NCBI GenBank assembly: GCA_963764725.1
Contig: CAVXTM010000018.1
Coordinates: 544,001-608,000 of the forward strand
Source: an uncultured Gammaproteobacteria bacterium
GTDB taxonomy: Bacteria > Pseudomonadota > Gammaproteobacteria > JACCXJ01
DNA length: 64,000 bases
Reading direction: 5' to 3'
Under the pieces are notes generated by a model. The model saw nothing but the letters and a program-made list of their open reading frames with translations. It did no database searches and had not been told where the DNA came from. This document shows positions 52,390 to 63,147 of the stretch, one piece after another. The position numbers were made by a program, and so were the translations under genes. The stretch's first letter is position 1, and each line of letters begins with the position of its first letter.

Positions 52390-52573
52390 TTGATGTGTGG
52401 ATCGCCTTCTCGCGATTACTCTCCTCGTTGGTCGGTGCCTCGGGTAAGGTTAACGACAGTTGAGATTTCGCCACAAAGGTCGTCAACGCCATGAAGAAGA
52501 TGACGAGAAACAGCAGTACATCAATTAACGAGATGAGATTGATTTCAACGCCATCTTGGCGCAGACGTTTCAA
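52390..52573 (-). pseudogene. exbD: ExbD N-terminal fragment
   Basis: EINLISLIDVLLFLVIFFM...LTLPEA. Confidence 0.8.
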
Positions 52574-52632
52574 CTGCCCACTTGAGTGCGCATCGCCTTC
52601 GGCTTCGGTGGGCCGGTGAGGCCGCCCTTCGT

Positions 52633-52646
52633 TTGACCCAGATCAA
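52633..52646. promoter_or_regulatory. FNR-like box
   Basis: TTGACCCAGATCAA, one mismatch to consensus. Confidence 0.55.
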
Positions 52647-52883
52647 CTTCGCGTGCGGCGTTTTGAGTATGATTTGAAATAATGCTGAGGCCGACTATGC
52701 CAGGTCCTCGACCGCTGCGCAAAGGCATTGCTCGTCAAGGAAACGCTTGACGAGGCGGCCATCGCCGAGCTGACCCGCGATCTCGGCCGATCGCCCGCCG
52801 CGGCGGTGCGGGAGGCGCGACTGGGGTAGACCTTTGGCGATTTCCTGGAAATTGTTCGAGACGAGGTAAACGGGAGGATATAC

Positions 52884-54038
52884 ATGCATAAATGTTATCG
52901 AGGGGCAGCCGTCGTTCTGCTCAGCGTACTGACTTTCCCTGCCGGTGCCGCCGAGACGAGTACCCGAGAGATCATGCACGATGTCTTTCAGTCGCTGCGC
53001 TATCTGCTCGGTTTTACCCTAGCCGAGGAGCGCTTCAACCGCCCGTCTGAGCGCCAGAGCGCTCGCGCGAAGCTGGATACCCTGCAGCGAGCAGCCGACC
53101 AGCTCCAAGCGCATGCGAGCGGCAAGGATGTCGGCTTCCAACTTCTGAGCGGCTCTCTTGTGGCTTCCGTCAACGAATTCAGTTACTTCTTCGACGAAAG
53201 CCATCAGGACGAGGCCCAGTATTTCTTGGTCGATATGATCCAAAATTGCGTGGCGTGTCACTCGCGGTTGCCGCGAGCGCGAGACTTTCCTCTGGGACAA
53301 CGGCTTTTCGATGGGTTGGACACGGGTTCCTTCTCCTTGCAGGACCGGGCGCTGCTCGAGGTCGCGGCGCGCCGATTCGATGATGCGCTGAGTACCTGGG
53401 AACAGCTGTTCCGGGATCCGGAGGTCGATCCCGTCGATCTGGATGTGGAAGGTAACCTCTTGGATTATCTGGTGACCGCCGTTCGCATATCGGATGACCT
53501 GGAACGCCCGCGCAACACCTTGGAGAGACTGATCTCGAGGCCCGACGTCCCATTCTTCATGCGCCATTACCTCCGTGCCTGGGCCGATGATCTGCGCAGC
53601 TTGGCGCCCGATCTCAAGGGCGAGGCCAGGTTGGAGAAGGCCCTGAGGCTGTTTCGGCGGGCGGGCCTCAAGGCCATCTTCCCAGGGAGCCGCGAGCAAA
53701 CAATCTACGACCTCGTCGCCTCGGCATTACTTTATCGATACCTCGGGGATTCGGGCCAACGCGCCGGTCCGGATCTCGCACAGGCGTATTACACGCTGGG
53801 CGTCATCGAGGCACGGAGCCTGGAGCGCGCCTGGCCAGCGCCGAAGGTCGAGCTGCACTTCGAAGCGGCGGTCCGCAGCGCGCCCTCGGGTCCGCTTGCG
53901 TTGAAGTCCTACGCGAATGTCGAGGAATACGTCCTCGAGGGCTTCGGATCGCCGGAGACACTCAAACGCCTGGAGGAACTCCGCCGGCTCCTCCACATAG
54001 GCGCGGATAAGAAGGATGCGTCCCGCCTGCAGATCTAG
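52884..54038 (+). CDS. Exported helical c-type cytochrome, single CxxCH, TPR-like tail
   Basis: Signal peptide ending AGA-AE; CVACH. Confidence 0.75.
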   Translation: MHKCYRGAAVVLLSVLTFPAGAAETSTREIMHDVFQSLRYLLGFTLAEERFNRPSERQSARAKLDTLQRAADQLQAHASGKDVGFQLLSGSLVASVNEFSYFFDESHQDEAQYFLVDMIQNCVACHSRLPRARDFPLGQRLFDGLDTGSFSLQDRALLEVAARRFDDALSTWEQLFRDPEVDPVDLDVEGNLLDYLVTAVRISDDLERPRNTLERLISRPDVPFFMRHYLRAWADDLRSLAPDLKGEARLEKALRLFRRAGLKAIFPGSREQTIYDLVASALLYRYLGDSGQRAGPDLAQAYYTLGVIEARSLERAWPAPKVELHFEAAVRSAPSGPLALKSYANVEEYVLEGFGSPETLKRLEELRRLLHIGADKKDASRLQI

Positions 54039-54386
54039 TGAACGACAGAGTGGCCGCGTCTCCACTTAAAGATAATCCACATGGGTCCATCGTCCGCTCG
54101 CAATCGCAATGCCGGCAGACTTAAATTGCGCCTGATCGCGATCGACGTCCCCCGCGGACGGGGTCGTGGAATTATGATACTGATCGGATGTGACGGCTCC
54201 GTCCGCCCCGGCCCTCTTATGCCACGAGATAGAAGGAGTAGCCGCGCGCCGAACCCGATAGTTAATGCGTTGCCCTAAGCGGGCGCGATGGCGGGCCTCT
54301 TTCGATACATCATGAAGTAGTAATAGCCGGCCGCCGCCAAGAAAACCGCGACCAGAAATATCACTAGCCAGTTGGTTTCCGCTGGA

Positions 54387-55979
54387 ATGCCACGGTCTGA
54401 GAACACGAAGGTCTACCTGGTCGGCAGCGGCGTCGGGAGTCTGGCCGCAGCCGTGTTTCTGGTCCGCGATGCTGGTGTACGCGGGGAAAACATCCACGTG
54501 CTGGAGCAGATGTCGATCGCCGGCGGTTCAATGGACGGTGCACCCGCGCCGACACCCGAGGGCGGCTACGTGACCCGCGGCGGCCGGATGTTCGAGGAGC
54601 TTCACTACGTCTGCCTGTGGGACCTGTTGGCGACGATCCCCAGCCTGGAGAATCCTGCCGTCTCGGTGCTCGACGAGATCCGCGCATTCAACAAGGCACA
54701 CGCGACCTACTCCAAGGCGCGGATCATTCTGAAGGACCGGTCCATCCCGGACGCCTCGAAGCTCGGCCTCGACGCGCGTGACGGGGCCGACATGACCCGG
54801 CTACTTGTTCTCCCGGAACGCATCATCGGTGCGCGCCGCATCGACGACTTCTTCCAGCCGCACTTTTTCGAGACCAACTTTTGGTGTATGTGGCGCACGA
54901 CTTTCGCGTTTCAGACCTGGCACTCTGCGATCGAGCTCAAGCGCTACTTCCGGTGCTTCATCCACATGTTCGACCAGATCCACACCCTTTCCCCCGTGCG
55001 CCGCAGCAAGTACAACCAATACGATTCGGTGATCCGGCCCATCCAGGCATGGCTGGAAAGCCACGGGGTGCATACCGAGTTCGGGGTGACCGTCACGGAC
55101 ATTCACTTCACGGGCTCGGGGGCGCGGCGGGTGTCGCGACTCCACCTAGACCGCGGCGACGACCGGTCCGAGGTCGTCAACCTCGGCACCGACGACTACG
55201 CGTTCATCACCATCGGGTCGATGACTGCCGACACGACCTATGGCGACAGCCGCATCGTCCCGCCGATCATCCGCGACAAGCGCGACGGTTCGTGGCGGCT
55301 GTGGGAGTCGATCGCCAAAAAAGCCGACGACTTCGGGCGCCCATACGCCTTCTGCGGAAACATCGAGGAAACGAAGTGGGAGTCGTTCACTCTCACGATG
55401 ACCGGCCGGACCCTCCTGGACCGCATCCAAGCGTACACCGGCAATGTCCCCGGCGAGGGCGCGCTTATGACCTGGAAGGACTCGCGATGGTTGCTGTCGA
55501 TCGTGGTCCCGGCGCAGCCGCACTTCGCGCACCAGCAGGACAACACCTACACCCTGTGGGGCTACGCGCTGTTCGGTGACGTGCCGGGCGACTACGTCGC
55601 TAAGAAGATGGACGATTGCACCGGCGCGGAGGTCCTGGACGAACTGCTCGGCCACCTCGGCTTCGACGACATTGCCGTCGAGGTCCGCCGGACCACGAAG
55701 GTCACCACCGTACAGATGCCGTACATCGACTCCCAGTTCCAGCGCCGGATCGTCACCGACCGCCCGCTCGTCGTACCCCAGGGCGCCGAAAACTTCGCCT
55801 TCCTCGGGCAGTTTGTCGAGATCCCCGCTGGCGTCGTCTTCACCGTCGAGTACTCGGTCCGCGGCGCGATGATGGCCGTCTACCACCACTTCGGCGTTGA
55901 CCGGAAGATCCCGCCGATCTACCACGGGCTTGCCGATCCGAAGATCGCCTGGTCGGCCCTGAAGACCGTCTTCGCCTGA
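54387..55979 (+). CDS. ohyA: Oleate hydratase (MCRA family)
   Basis: GSGVGSLAAA FAD motif, GYVTRGGRM, YNQYDS, FTVEYSVR. Confidence 0.93.
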   Translation: MPRSENTKVYLVGSGVGSLAAAVFLVRDAGVRGENIHVLEQMSIAGGSMDGAPAPTPEGGYVTRGGRMFEELHYVCLWDLLATIPSLENPAVSVLDEIRAFNKAHATYSKARIILKDRSIPDASKLGLDARDGADMTRLLVLPERIIGARRIDDFFQPHFFETNFWCMWRTTFAFQTWHSAIELKRYFRCFIHMFDQIHTLSPVRRSKYNQYDSVIRPIQAWLESHGVHTEFGVTVTDIHFTGSGARRVSRLHLDRGDDRSEVVNLGTDDYAFITIGSMTADTTYGDSRIVPPIIRDKRDGSWRLWESIAKKADDFGRPYAFCGNIEETKWESFTLTMTGRTLLDRIQAYTGNVPGEGALMTWKDSRWLLSIVVPAQPHFAHQQDNTYTLWGYALFGDVPGDYVAKKMDDCTGAEVLDELLGHLGFDDIAVEVRRTTKVTTVQMPYIDSQFQRRIVTDRPLVVPQGAENFAFLGQFVEIPAGVVFTVEYSVRGAMMAVYHHFGVDRKIPPIYHGLADPKIAWSALKTVFA

Positions 55980-56202
55980 AGGACAGCCGGTCCCGATGAT
56001 GTCGAAATTCTGATACACGGCATCCGCGGTGCATACCAAGAGGAAGTCTCGCTGCTGTGCGGGGAAAAGTTCGATGAACTCGCCGAATTCGGGACGGCCC
56101 AACCCCGCTCAATGTGCCGGGTCAAGGAGTGCGAGACCCGGCATGGCCTCTGCGCGTGATAGCCGTCCCGCCACCTCAGGACGAAAAGGCGCGCTAGGCC
56201 GG

Positions 56203-57522
56203 CTAGAAACCCGTGACTCCGGCAGCTTCCCGCCCGCGGCGCTCGTTGACGGTAGCAAGCAAGGCGAGGCCCGCAATAAAAAAGAACGTTGTTGCGAGAA
56301 GCGCGAGCCGGTGATTCCCGCGGGAGGCGTGCGTGATCACACCGTAGGTGAGAGGGCCAATGATCGCCGCGAGCTTCCCGGCAAGGCCCCATAAGCCAAA
56401 GAACTCCGCAGCGCGCGCGGGAGGCGAGAACTGTCCGATGAGCGCGCGGCCGGCCGATTGACTCGATCCCAATGCGATGCCGATGAGATTCGCCACCACC
56501 CAAAAACCCGTGCGCTCCTCGATCCAAAAAGCAAGCACCAACGCGGCGATCCACACGAGCAAGGTCACCGCGAGCGTCCGTACCGATCCAAACCGATCTT
56601 GCACGAGACCGAAACCGAATGCGCCGACCGCCGCCGTGATATTGACCACCAGCACCATCACAATCGTTTCCTGAACGCCAAAGCCCATGACCTCTTGTGC
56701 GTATATCGCGGCCAGGACGACCACCGTGTTGATTCCACAATAGTAGACAGAGAGTGTCGCGAGAAAGCGGAAGAGATCGCGAAAGTGGTGAGCTTGCGAA
56801 AGCGTGAGCCGCACGCGCTTGAAGCCGGTACGCATATAGCTTTCAGAGGGCAAACGGGTCTGGGGCCGTGCGCGCTCATGTAACCAAAGAAACGTCGGGA
56901 TGGCGGCCGCGGCGAATGCTCCGGCCGTGATCCACATGCATACCGGGACGTACTGCGCCGGCATTTGGCCTTGGGCTTCCGCCCAACCAACGTAAAGCAG
57001 GCATAACCCGAGGACCAAGAGCCCCCCGAGGTAACCGAGCGCCCAACTGTAGCCTGAGATCTTTCCCATGATATCCTGGCGGGCGATCTCCGGGAGAAAG
57101 GCGGAGATCAAATTCTCACCCGTCGCGAACATGAAGCCCGAGAGGATCACAAGACCCATCCCGAGCTCCACCTCGCCCTTGCCGACGAGTCCTAGCATCG
57201 CGGTGAAAAGCGCGCAACCCACCGTGCTCAGCGCGAGGAAGCGCTTCTTACAGGCTCTGAAATCGGCCACGGCGCCGAGCACGGGTGCGCTCAGGAGCAC
57301 GAGGAGATTGGTCACACCCATAGCGATCGTCCAGAGCAGCGTCCCCTCCCCGGGAGCGTAACCTGCTCTCGTGGCCACTGTCGAGACAAAGTAGGCGTTG
57401 AAGATCGCGGTGAGCACCACGGTCGTATATCCCGAATTGGCGAAGTCATACATCGCCCAGGCGAAAATCTCGCGTCGACTGGCGGTAGGCGCCGGATCAA
57501 CCAATGGCAATTCTCGCATCAT
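56203..57522 (-). CDS. MFS transporter (UMF1/ATG22-like)
   Basis: WAMYDFANS, PVLGAVAD, AEFFGLW; about 12 TM segments. Confidence 0.92.
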   Translation of the reverse strand: MMRELPLVDPAPTASRREIFAWAMYDFANSGYTTVVLTAIFNAYFVSTVATRAGYAPGEGTLLWTIAMGVTNLLVLLSAPVLGAVADFRACKKRFLALSTVGCALFTAMLGLVGKGEVELGMGLVILSGFMFATGENLISAFLPEIARQDIMGKISGYSWALGYLGGLLVLGLCLLYVGWAEAQGQMPAQYVPVCMWITAGAFAAAAIPTFLWLHERARPQTRLPSESYMRTGFKRVRLTLSQAHHFRDLFRFLATLSVYYCGINTVVVLAAIYAQEVMGFGVQETIVMVLVVNITAAVGAFGFGLVQDRFGSVRTLAVTLLVWIAALVLAFWIEERTGFWVVANLIGIALGSSQSAGRALIGQFSPPARAAEFFGLWGLAGKLAAIIGPLTYGVITHASRGNHRLALLATTFFFIAGLALLATVNERRGREAAGVTGF

Positions 57523-57801
57523 CAGACCGTTGGGTGCGGCCGGTGAAATCGCATTTCGAGCAGTGGGGCCAGAGTCGCAACGACCAAGGCACAAGCCAAT
57601 GATCGGCGACGACGCCGGCGGCGATCAAGACTGTGAACATAAAATCAGCGAATTGCCCCGGGTAACGGGTTGTACCTATTGCTCATAGCATCCATCAAGC
57701 TGTTGGAGATTCCGGAACGATCTCAAAATCGCCATGCTAAAGTAAACGCTTCAGTAGTTCGGTCGCATTGCTTTAACGTAATCAATAAAGCCAGTCGAGC
57801 C

Positions 57802-59544
57802 ATGCCCGAGTACACCCATGTTCCGCACTTAAGGGAGATCATCCTCTTCCTGGCATTATCCGGGATCCTCATACCGCTGCTACAGAGATACCGCTTCAGT
57901 CAATCACTCGGTTTTCTTACAGCAGGGGTGTTGTTTGGCCCCTTTGGCCTCGGACTTTTCACCCAGGAGATCCCATGGCTGCAATATCTTACTTTTCCGC
58001 GGGTTGAGGAAGTACGTGTCCTCGCCGATCTGGGAGTGGTTTTCCTGCTTTTCACCATCGGGCTCGAGCTCTCCACTGAACGGTTGTGGGCATTGCGCCG
58101 CTGGGTGTTCGGCGCCGGATTGCTGCAGGTGTCTTTTACCGCCGCGCTGATCGGCGGCATCGCTTATGGTTTTGGCAACTCTTGGGAAGCGGCGCTAATC
58201 CTTGGCCTTGTCTTCTCGCTCTCGTCAACGGCGATGGTCACGCAATTGCTCGTGGAGCGCAAGGAAATGGGGTCTCCCCTCGGCCGGGCAAGCCTCGCGA
58301 TCCTGCTGCTTCAGGACTTGGCGGTGGTTCCCTTGTTGGTCCTGCTCAACATCCTTGGTACCCGAGAGGACGGGAGTTTTCTGGCGCTGCTAGGCCTGGC
58401 CCTGTTCAAGACCACACTGGCAATGACGGGGATTGTCTTACTAGGGCGCCTGCTTTTACGCCCTCTGTTCCATCACGTCTCGGCGACGCGCCAGCCGGAC
58501 ACCTTCATGGCGGTGACCATGCTGGCTACGCTCGGCACAGCCAGCTTGACCTCGGCGGCAGGACTTTCGATGGGGTTAGGTGCGTTCCTGGCCGGGCTGT
58601 TGCTCGCCGAAACCGAGTATCGCCATGAGGTTCAAGTCACGATCGAGCCCTTCAAGGGGCTGTTCATGGGGCTTTTCTTCATGTCGGTCGGCATGGGCGT
58701 CAACCTGCGCGCGCTGCTCGCCGCGCCGGTGCTTATTCCGCTGTCCGTGCTCGGCATGTTTTTGGTCAAAGCGCCTGTGATTGCATTTCTTTGTAGTCGC
58801 TTTGGTCTTTCGCCGGGTCGATCGGTGGAGGCCGCCCTATTGCTCGGGCAAGGCGGCGAGTTTGGTTTTATCGCGCTCGGCATGGCCATGAGCTACGATC
58901 TGCTCGCGCCGGACGTGGGGCAATTCATGCTATTGGTAATAGCGTTCAGCATGATAGCCACGCCCCTGTTTGCGAAGGTCGGACGGATACTCGGGCAACG
59001 TATAGACGCCAGACGAGCGTCTCAGACCACATTGCCCGGGGAAGAAGCGCCTGCGGAGCTGGAGGGCCACATCGTTCTTGCCGGCTTTGGCCGGGTCGGG
59101 CAATTGCTGGGACAATTGTTCGAGCAGCAGAACATCCCTCATCTCGCGTTTGAACGGGACGCCAAGGTGGTTGCGGAGATGCGCGCACAGCGCCTGCCAG
59201 TGTATTACGGTGATGCAAGCCGCCCGGACCTGTGGCGGCGCGTCGCGCTAGAGCGCGCGCAAGCCGTAGTCATTACCATGGACCAAGCGGCCCCCGCCTT
59301 ACATGCCGTATCCGCCATCCGTAGAGAGTATCCTGACATCAAGATCTACGCCCGGGCACGGGATGAAAAACATGCGTTAATCCTCAAACAAGCCGGGGCC
59401 ACCGCCGTGATTCCGGAGACACTCGAATCGGGTCTGCAACTCGCCTCTTTCGTGCTCTCCGGGCTTGGAATACCCGAAGAAGCCTGCACCCTCGTGATCC
59501 AACAGGAGCGGGAAAGGCGTATCCTTTCATTCCGCAACGAGTGA
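57802..59544 (+). CDS. CPA2 (KefB/KefC-like) antiporter with TrkA-N domain
   Basis: LFTIGLELS, LLQD, GAFLAG, GFGRVG, YYGDA. Confidence 0.93.
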   Translation: MPEYTHVPHLREIILFLALSGILIPLLQRYRFSQSLGFLTAGVLFGPFGLGLFTQEIPWLQYLTFPRVEEVRVLADLGVVFLLFTIGLELSTERLWALRRWVFGAGLLQVSFTAALIGGIAYGFGNSWEAALILGLVFSLSSTAMVTQLLVERKEMGSPLGRASLAILLLQDLAVVPLLVLLNILGTREDGSFLALLGLALFKTTLAMTGIVLLGRLLLRPLFHHVSATRQPDTFMAVTMLATLGTASLTSAAGLSMGLGAFLAGLLLAETEYRHEVQVTIEPFKGLFMGLFFMSVGMGVNLRALLAAPVLIPLSVLGMFLVKAPVIAFLCSRFGLSPGRSVEAALLLGQGGEFGFIALGMAMSYDLLAPDVGQFMLLVIAFSMIATPLFAKVGRILGQRIDARRASQTTLPGEEAPAELEGHIVLAGFGRVGQLLGQLFEQQNIPHLAFERDAKVVAEMRAQRLPVYYGDASRPDLWRRVALERAQAVVITMDQAAPALHAVSAIRREYPDIKIYARARDEKHALILKQAGATAVIPETLESGLQLASFVLSGLGIPEEACTLVIQQERERRILSFRNE

Positions 59545-59939
59545 GCCGGTAATCGACACCTCAAGGTCGCCCTTGGCGACCTTTCGCCATTTCATGGCGG
59601 AACACAACCATCAAAGGCATCGAAAACAGAATAATCCAGCTTTCCAACATTGTTGCCTTTACCGATACGTCGATTAGTGTCGCGATGGGCTCGGCGGCAT
59701 GTTGAAGTATTACTATCGGGAGGCAGCTTGAATTAGCAAGCACGATCCTGAATTTGGACCATACGGGTTTGACACCCCTCAGGTTCAGCAGTACTTTCAC
59801 TTCTTAAAAAAAAGAGCGTTTTAAAAAATCCTATACGTCGCGCCGTCGTCGTTTGTGACGTACGACGTGACAGCTTTCGTCACGCCTGGCGAAACGTCGA
59901 AACGTGCGGCGAGGACAGGCACAGCGGCAATAGACCCTG

Positions 59940-60983
59940 ATGACAGAACAGAAGAGCAATTCCGCGGAAGCACGTTGTCTGGCTCTTATTGTGGCGTTTC
60001 TCAGCGCCCTGGTGTTGGATGTCGCCATGGCGCAGGAGGACGAGGGGCAGGTCCCCGGAAAACCGCGACAGGAGGGTCCTAACCCACCCGTCACTGTTAA
60101 GCTTCGGGGGAACCTCTTAAGCGTCAGGCTGCGTAATGCGGCCTGGGAAACTGTACTAATGAAGCTTCAGCGCCAGACGGGGATTGTAATCGAGACGAAT
60201 GGCAAGCTGAGCGGAGCAATGACTGCCGAGTTTGAGAATCGGCCTTTGGAGGAAGCGATCGAAGGTCTTTTCCGTGATTTCAATCGGGTGTCGTTCTATG
60301 CGGAAGGAGCGGCAGGAGAGGCCTTCCGGGGAAGGTTGACTCATGTGCTGTTACTTCCTAAAACCGGAGCCTCAGCCACAACACAAGCGTCTAACCCGTC
60401 TGCAGAAGTGGCTCCGGTGAAATCGCCGTGGGATCCTGAGATGGACCGCGCGGCTCGGCTCCAGCGTCTGGATGAGCCCTCGATCGCAGGGGATAGCGAA
60501 GCATTACAGGAAGCCCTCGCTGATCCCGACCGAGACGTTCAGGCGAAGGCCCTGGAGATTCTGCTCGCCCGGGAGGGGCCGGGCGCGCTCGATCGGCTGG
60601 TCGCGCTCACCAAGAGTGACGATAGCGCAATCCAACTCCAGGCGCTTACTCTCTTGAACGAGAGCGGCCACGTTGACGAGGTGACAGCCTTGTCGGCTCT
60701 GGGTAACGCAGTGAGCAACACCGAGCGGAACGTCAAGGAATATGCAATCGAGTCCCTCGCGCGGCGTTCGGACTCCCAGGCGCTAGAATATCTCAGCCAA
60801 GTGTCTTTTGACCCGGATCCGAATGTCCGCATGACTGTTCTTGAGAATGTTGCTCAATACGGCGGGCGGACAGCTCTCCTTCAACAGGCGCTCTCGGATG
60901 AGGACGAAAAAGTGCGCACCTTAGCTGCTTTCTTGCTGAAACAGCTCACAAAAGCAAGGCAATCTCCGTTTAACAACCCATGA
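59940..60983 (+). CDS. Exported protein with secretin-N/STN-like domain and HEAT repeats
   Basis: Signal peptide ending AMA-Q; LSVRLRNA..VL..L...TGI; repeats ALADPDRDVQ, DPDPNVR, ALSDEDEKVR. Confidence 0.75.
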   Translation: MTEQKSNSAEARCLALIVAFLSALVLDVAMAQEDEGQVPGKPRQEGPNPPVTVKLRGNLLSVRLRNAAWETVLMKLQRQTGIVIETNGKLSGAMTAEFENRPLEEAIEGLFRDFNRVSFYAEGAAGEAFRGRLTHVLLLPKTGASATTQASNPSAEVAPVKSPWDPEMDRAARLQRLDEPSIAGDSEALQEALADPDRDVQAKALEILLAREGPGALDRLVALTKSDDSAIQLQALTLLNESGHVDEVTALSALGNAVSNTERNVKEYAIESLARRSDSQALEYLSQVSFDPDPNVRMTVLENVAQYGGRTALLQQALSDEDEKVRTLAAFLLKQLTKARQSPFNNP

Positions 60984-61025
60984 TAGTGGTGATTTAACCC
61001 TAACCCAAATAAGGAAGGAGAGCTC

Positions 61026-61499
61026 ATGAGAAGCAGATCCAAGATTTGGCTTATGAACGTTGTAGCGACATGTGTGTCGTTGTTGCTAGGCACGACACCT
61101 GTTGTGTTGGCCGCCGTAGTACACGAGTCTGTGGGAATGTCGATCAATGCCGTGGACGTGTGGTTCCTTACCTGCACCGATGCAACCATCGGCACCACGG
61201 TGAGGGCAAGCGTCACTGACACTGGGGGAGTCGATGGAACGCGTATTTATCTACACATGGCCAATACCGCCACCAGCAGTGCCCTTCACCAAACACGCAA
61301 AACGACTGCTCCTGACGGGGGGACGTCAACTACGGTCATCGTTAAAACCGTTGAAACGGGGTCTTTTCGTCCAGCCCACATTAGCGTTAGCAGGCACGTT
61401 GGCAGCTCAACATCTGAGGCTTATACCCTCAATGCCCGTTGTACGAATTTTTCGGGAGCAACTGCCCCGCACACTCTAACCCTGATCCGGGACCAGTAG
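61026..61499 (+). CDS. Secreted Thr/Ser-rich beta protein
   Basis: RBS AAGGAG, signal peptide, two Cys in mature part. Confidence 0.7.
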   Translation: MRSRSKIWLMNVVATCVSLLLGTTPVVLAAVVHESVGMSINAVDVWFLTCTDATIGTTVRASVTDTGGVDGTRIYLHMANTATSSALHQTRKTTAPDGGTSTTVIVKTVETGSFRPAHISVSRHVGSSTSEAYTLNARCTNFSGATAPHTLTLIRDQ

Positions 61500-61680
61500 T
61501 TTTAGGAGGTCTCCAGTCCTTTCGTCTGCCGCTAACCTCAAACGCTTAAAGATCCCCACAAATTTCATGTGTCATTTGCGGTAGAAATGAGGGTATTAAC
61601 AGCAGTTAAAGTCGCGACGGTATCGTAGCGGCTGCAGACACTCGCGACGGCGTGGTCGCGAACTGCGACGAGACAGATAA

Positions 61681-62241
61681 GTGGAAATGAATGACATGCA
61701 AAAAAAATGGGCCGATTTGAAACGGACAATTGTCCACGAACTAATCGAGTACTGGATCAATTTCGGGTATCTGGCTTTTTTCCTGGTTGCGTTTATCTGG
61801 TATCGCCGCTTGGTCCTGGCCGAATATCAGGTCCAATACACGGATTACTGGTTTCCCCTGATCGAGGCGGCAGTCTTGGCCAAAGTGATCATGATAGGAG
61901 ATTACCTGCGAGTAGGTCGGGGGCTGGAGCAAAAGCCGCTGATCCTGCCCACACTTTACCGGACGGTTATGTTCAGCGTGTGGGTGGGGATTTTTAGCGT
62001 GCTGGAGGAAACCGTCCGAGGGCTGCTCCACGGGAACGGACTAGCGAGCGGCGTTGAGGAGATAGCGAGCAGAGGCTGGTACGAATTACTCTCGCGATGC
62101 ATTGTGATTTTTGTGGCCTTCATTCCCTTCTTCTCGTTCAAGGAATTGGAACGGGTGCTGGGCCCGGAACAACTCCGAGCGCTTTTCTGGAGGCGAGGAG
62201 CGCCAGGTATTGTCCCGAAGACACCGTCCTTTACCAAGTAG
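61681..62241 (+). CDS. Hypothetical 4-TM membrane protein; 3' end runs into IS91 remnant
   Basis: LAKVIMIG, FVAFIPFFSFKEL.RVLG. Confidence 0.75.
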   Translation: MEMNDMQKKWADLKRTIVHELIEYWINFGYLAFFLVAFIWYRRLVLAEYQVQYTDYWFPLIEAAVLAKVIMIGDYLRVGRGLEQKPLILPTLYRTVMFSVWVGIFSVLEETVRGLLHGNGLASGVEEIASRGWYELLSRCIVIFVAFIPFFSFKELERVLGPEQLRALFWRRGAPGIVPKTPSFTK

Positions 62242-63050
62242 TCCAAGAGCACCTCGACAGCTTTTGGCCCAAGTCGAAGCCGAGACCGGATCGAGCCTAC
62301 CCGAGTTTGTCGCGGCGGAATTCGATGCCTTTCTGGAATGCGGCATCCTTGCCCATGGCTTTCTACGCCTACGCTGCGCCGACTGTGCCCATGAAAAGCT
62401 CGTCGCTTTTTCGTGTAAGGAGCGGGGCTTCTGCCCGAGCTGTGGCGCCCCGGCGTATGGTGGAAACCGTCGCCCACCTGGTCGATCACATCATCCCCCC
62501 GGGTACCGGTGCGGCAATGGGTGCTCTCGTTTCCCATCCCGCTGCACTTGCTGTTCGCTGCTCACCCCGAGCTGCTCACACCGGTCTTGCAGATAGTCCA
62601 CCGGGTGATTTCCACGTTTCTGATCCAACAAGCGGGACTCAAGCGCGCCGAAGCCCAGAGCGGCGCCGTCACGCTGATACAACGCTTCGGATCGACGGCC
62701 AATTTAAACATACATTCACACTGCCTAGTCCTTGATGGAGTTTATTGCACCCCGTGCGTGCTACCCCACGACCGGAAAACTGCAGAGCTTACTCAATCAG
62801 ATCATACGGCGCCTCATGCGCTTACTGACCCGCCAAGGCTATCTCGTAGAAGAGCAGGGAATACCGACCTAGCCGACCCCGATCCCGATAGCGCCTTGAC
62901 GCCCCTGCAAGCGGCGGCCTGCACCTACCGTATCGCCTTCGGGCTGCGCGCGGGGCAAAAAGTACTGACCTTGCAGAGCGTTCCGAACCGAATGACGCCG
63001 GTCGGACCGCGCGGCTCGCTACCTGGCGCAGTGGCACCTCACGGGTTTTG
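62195..63050 (+). mobile_element. IS91-family transposase pseudogene
   Basis: ECGILAHGFLRLRC..C, SCKERGFCPSC, RQWVLSFP, QRFGS..NLNIHSHCLVLDG; frameshifted. Confidence 0.88.
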
Positions 63051-63147
63051 GTATTGACACTCACTCGCAGAAGAATTACCGTGTGATTCGTGCCAGTTTG
63101 GTGTACGGAGAGCGGGAGGGGAGAACATTGCAATAAGGAGAGTAAAA

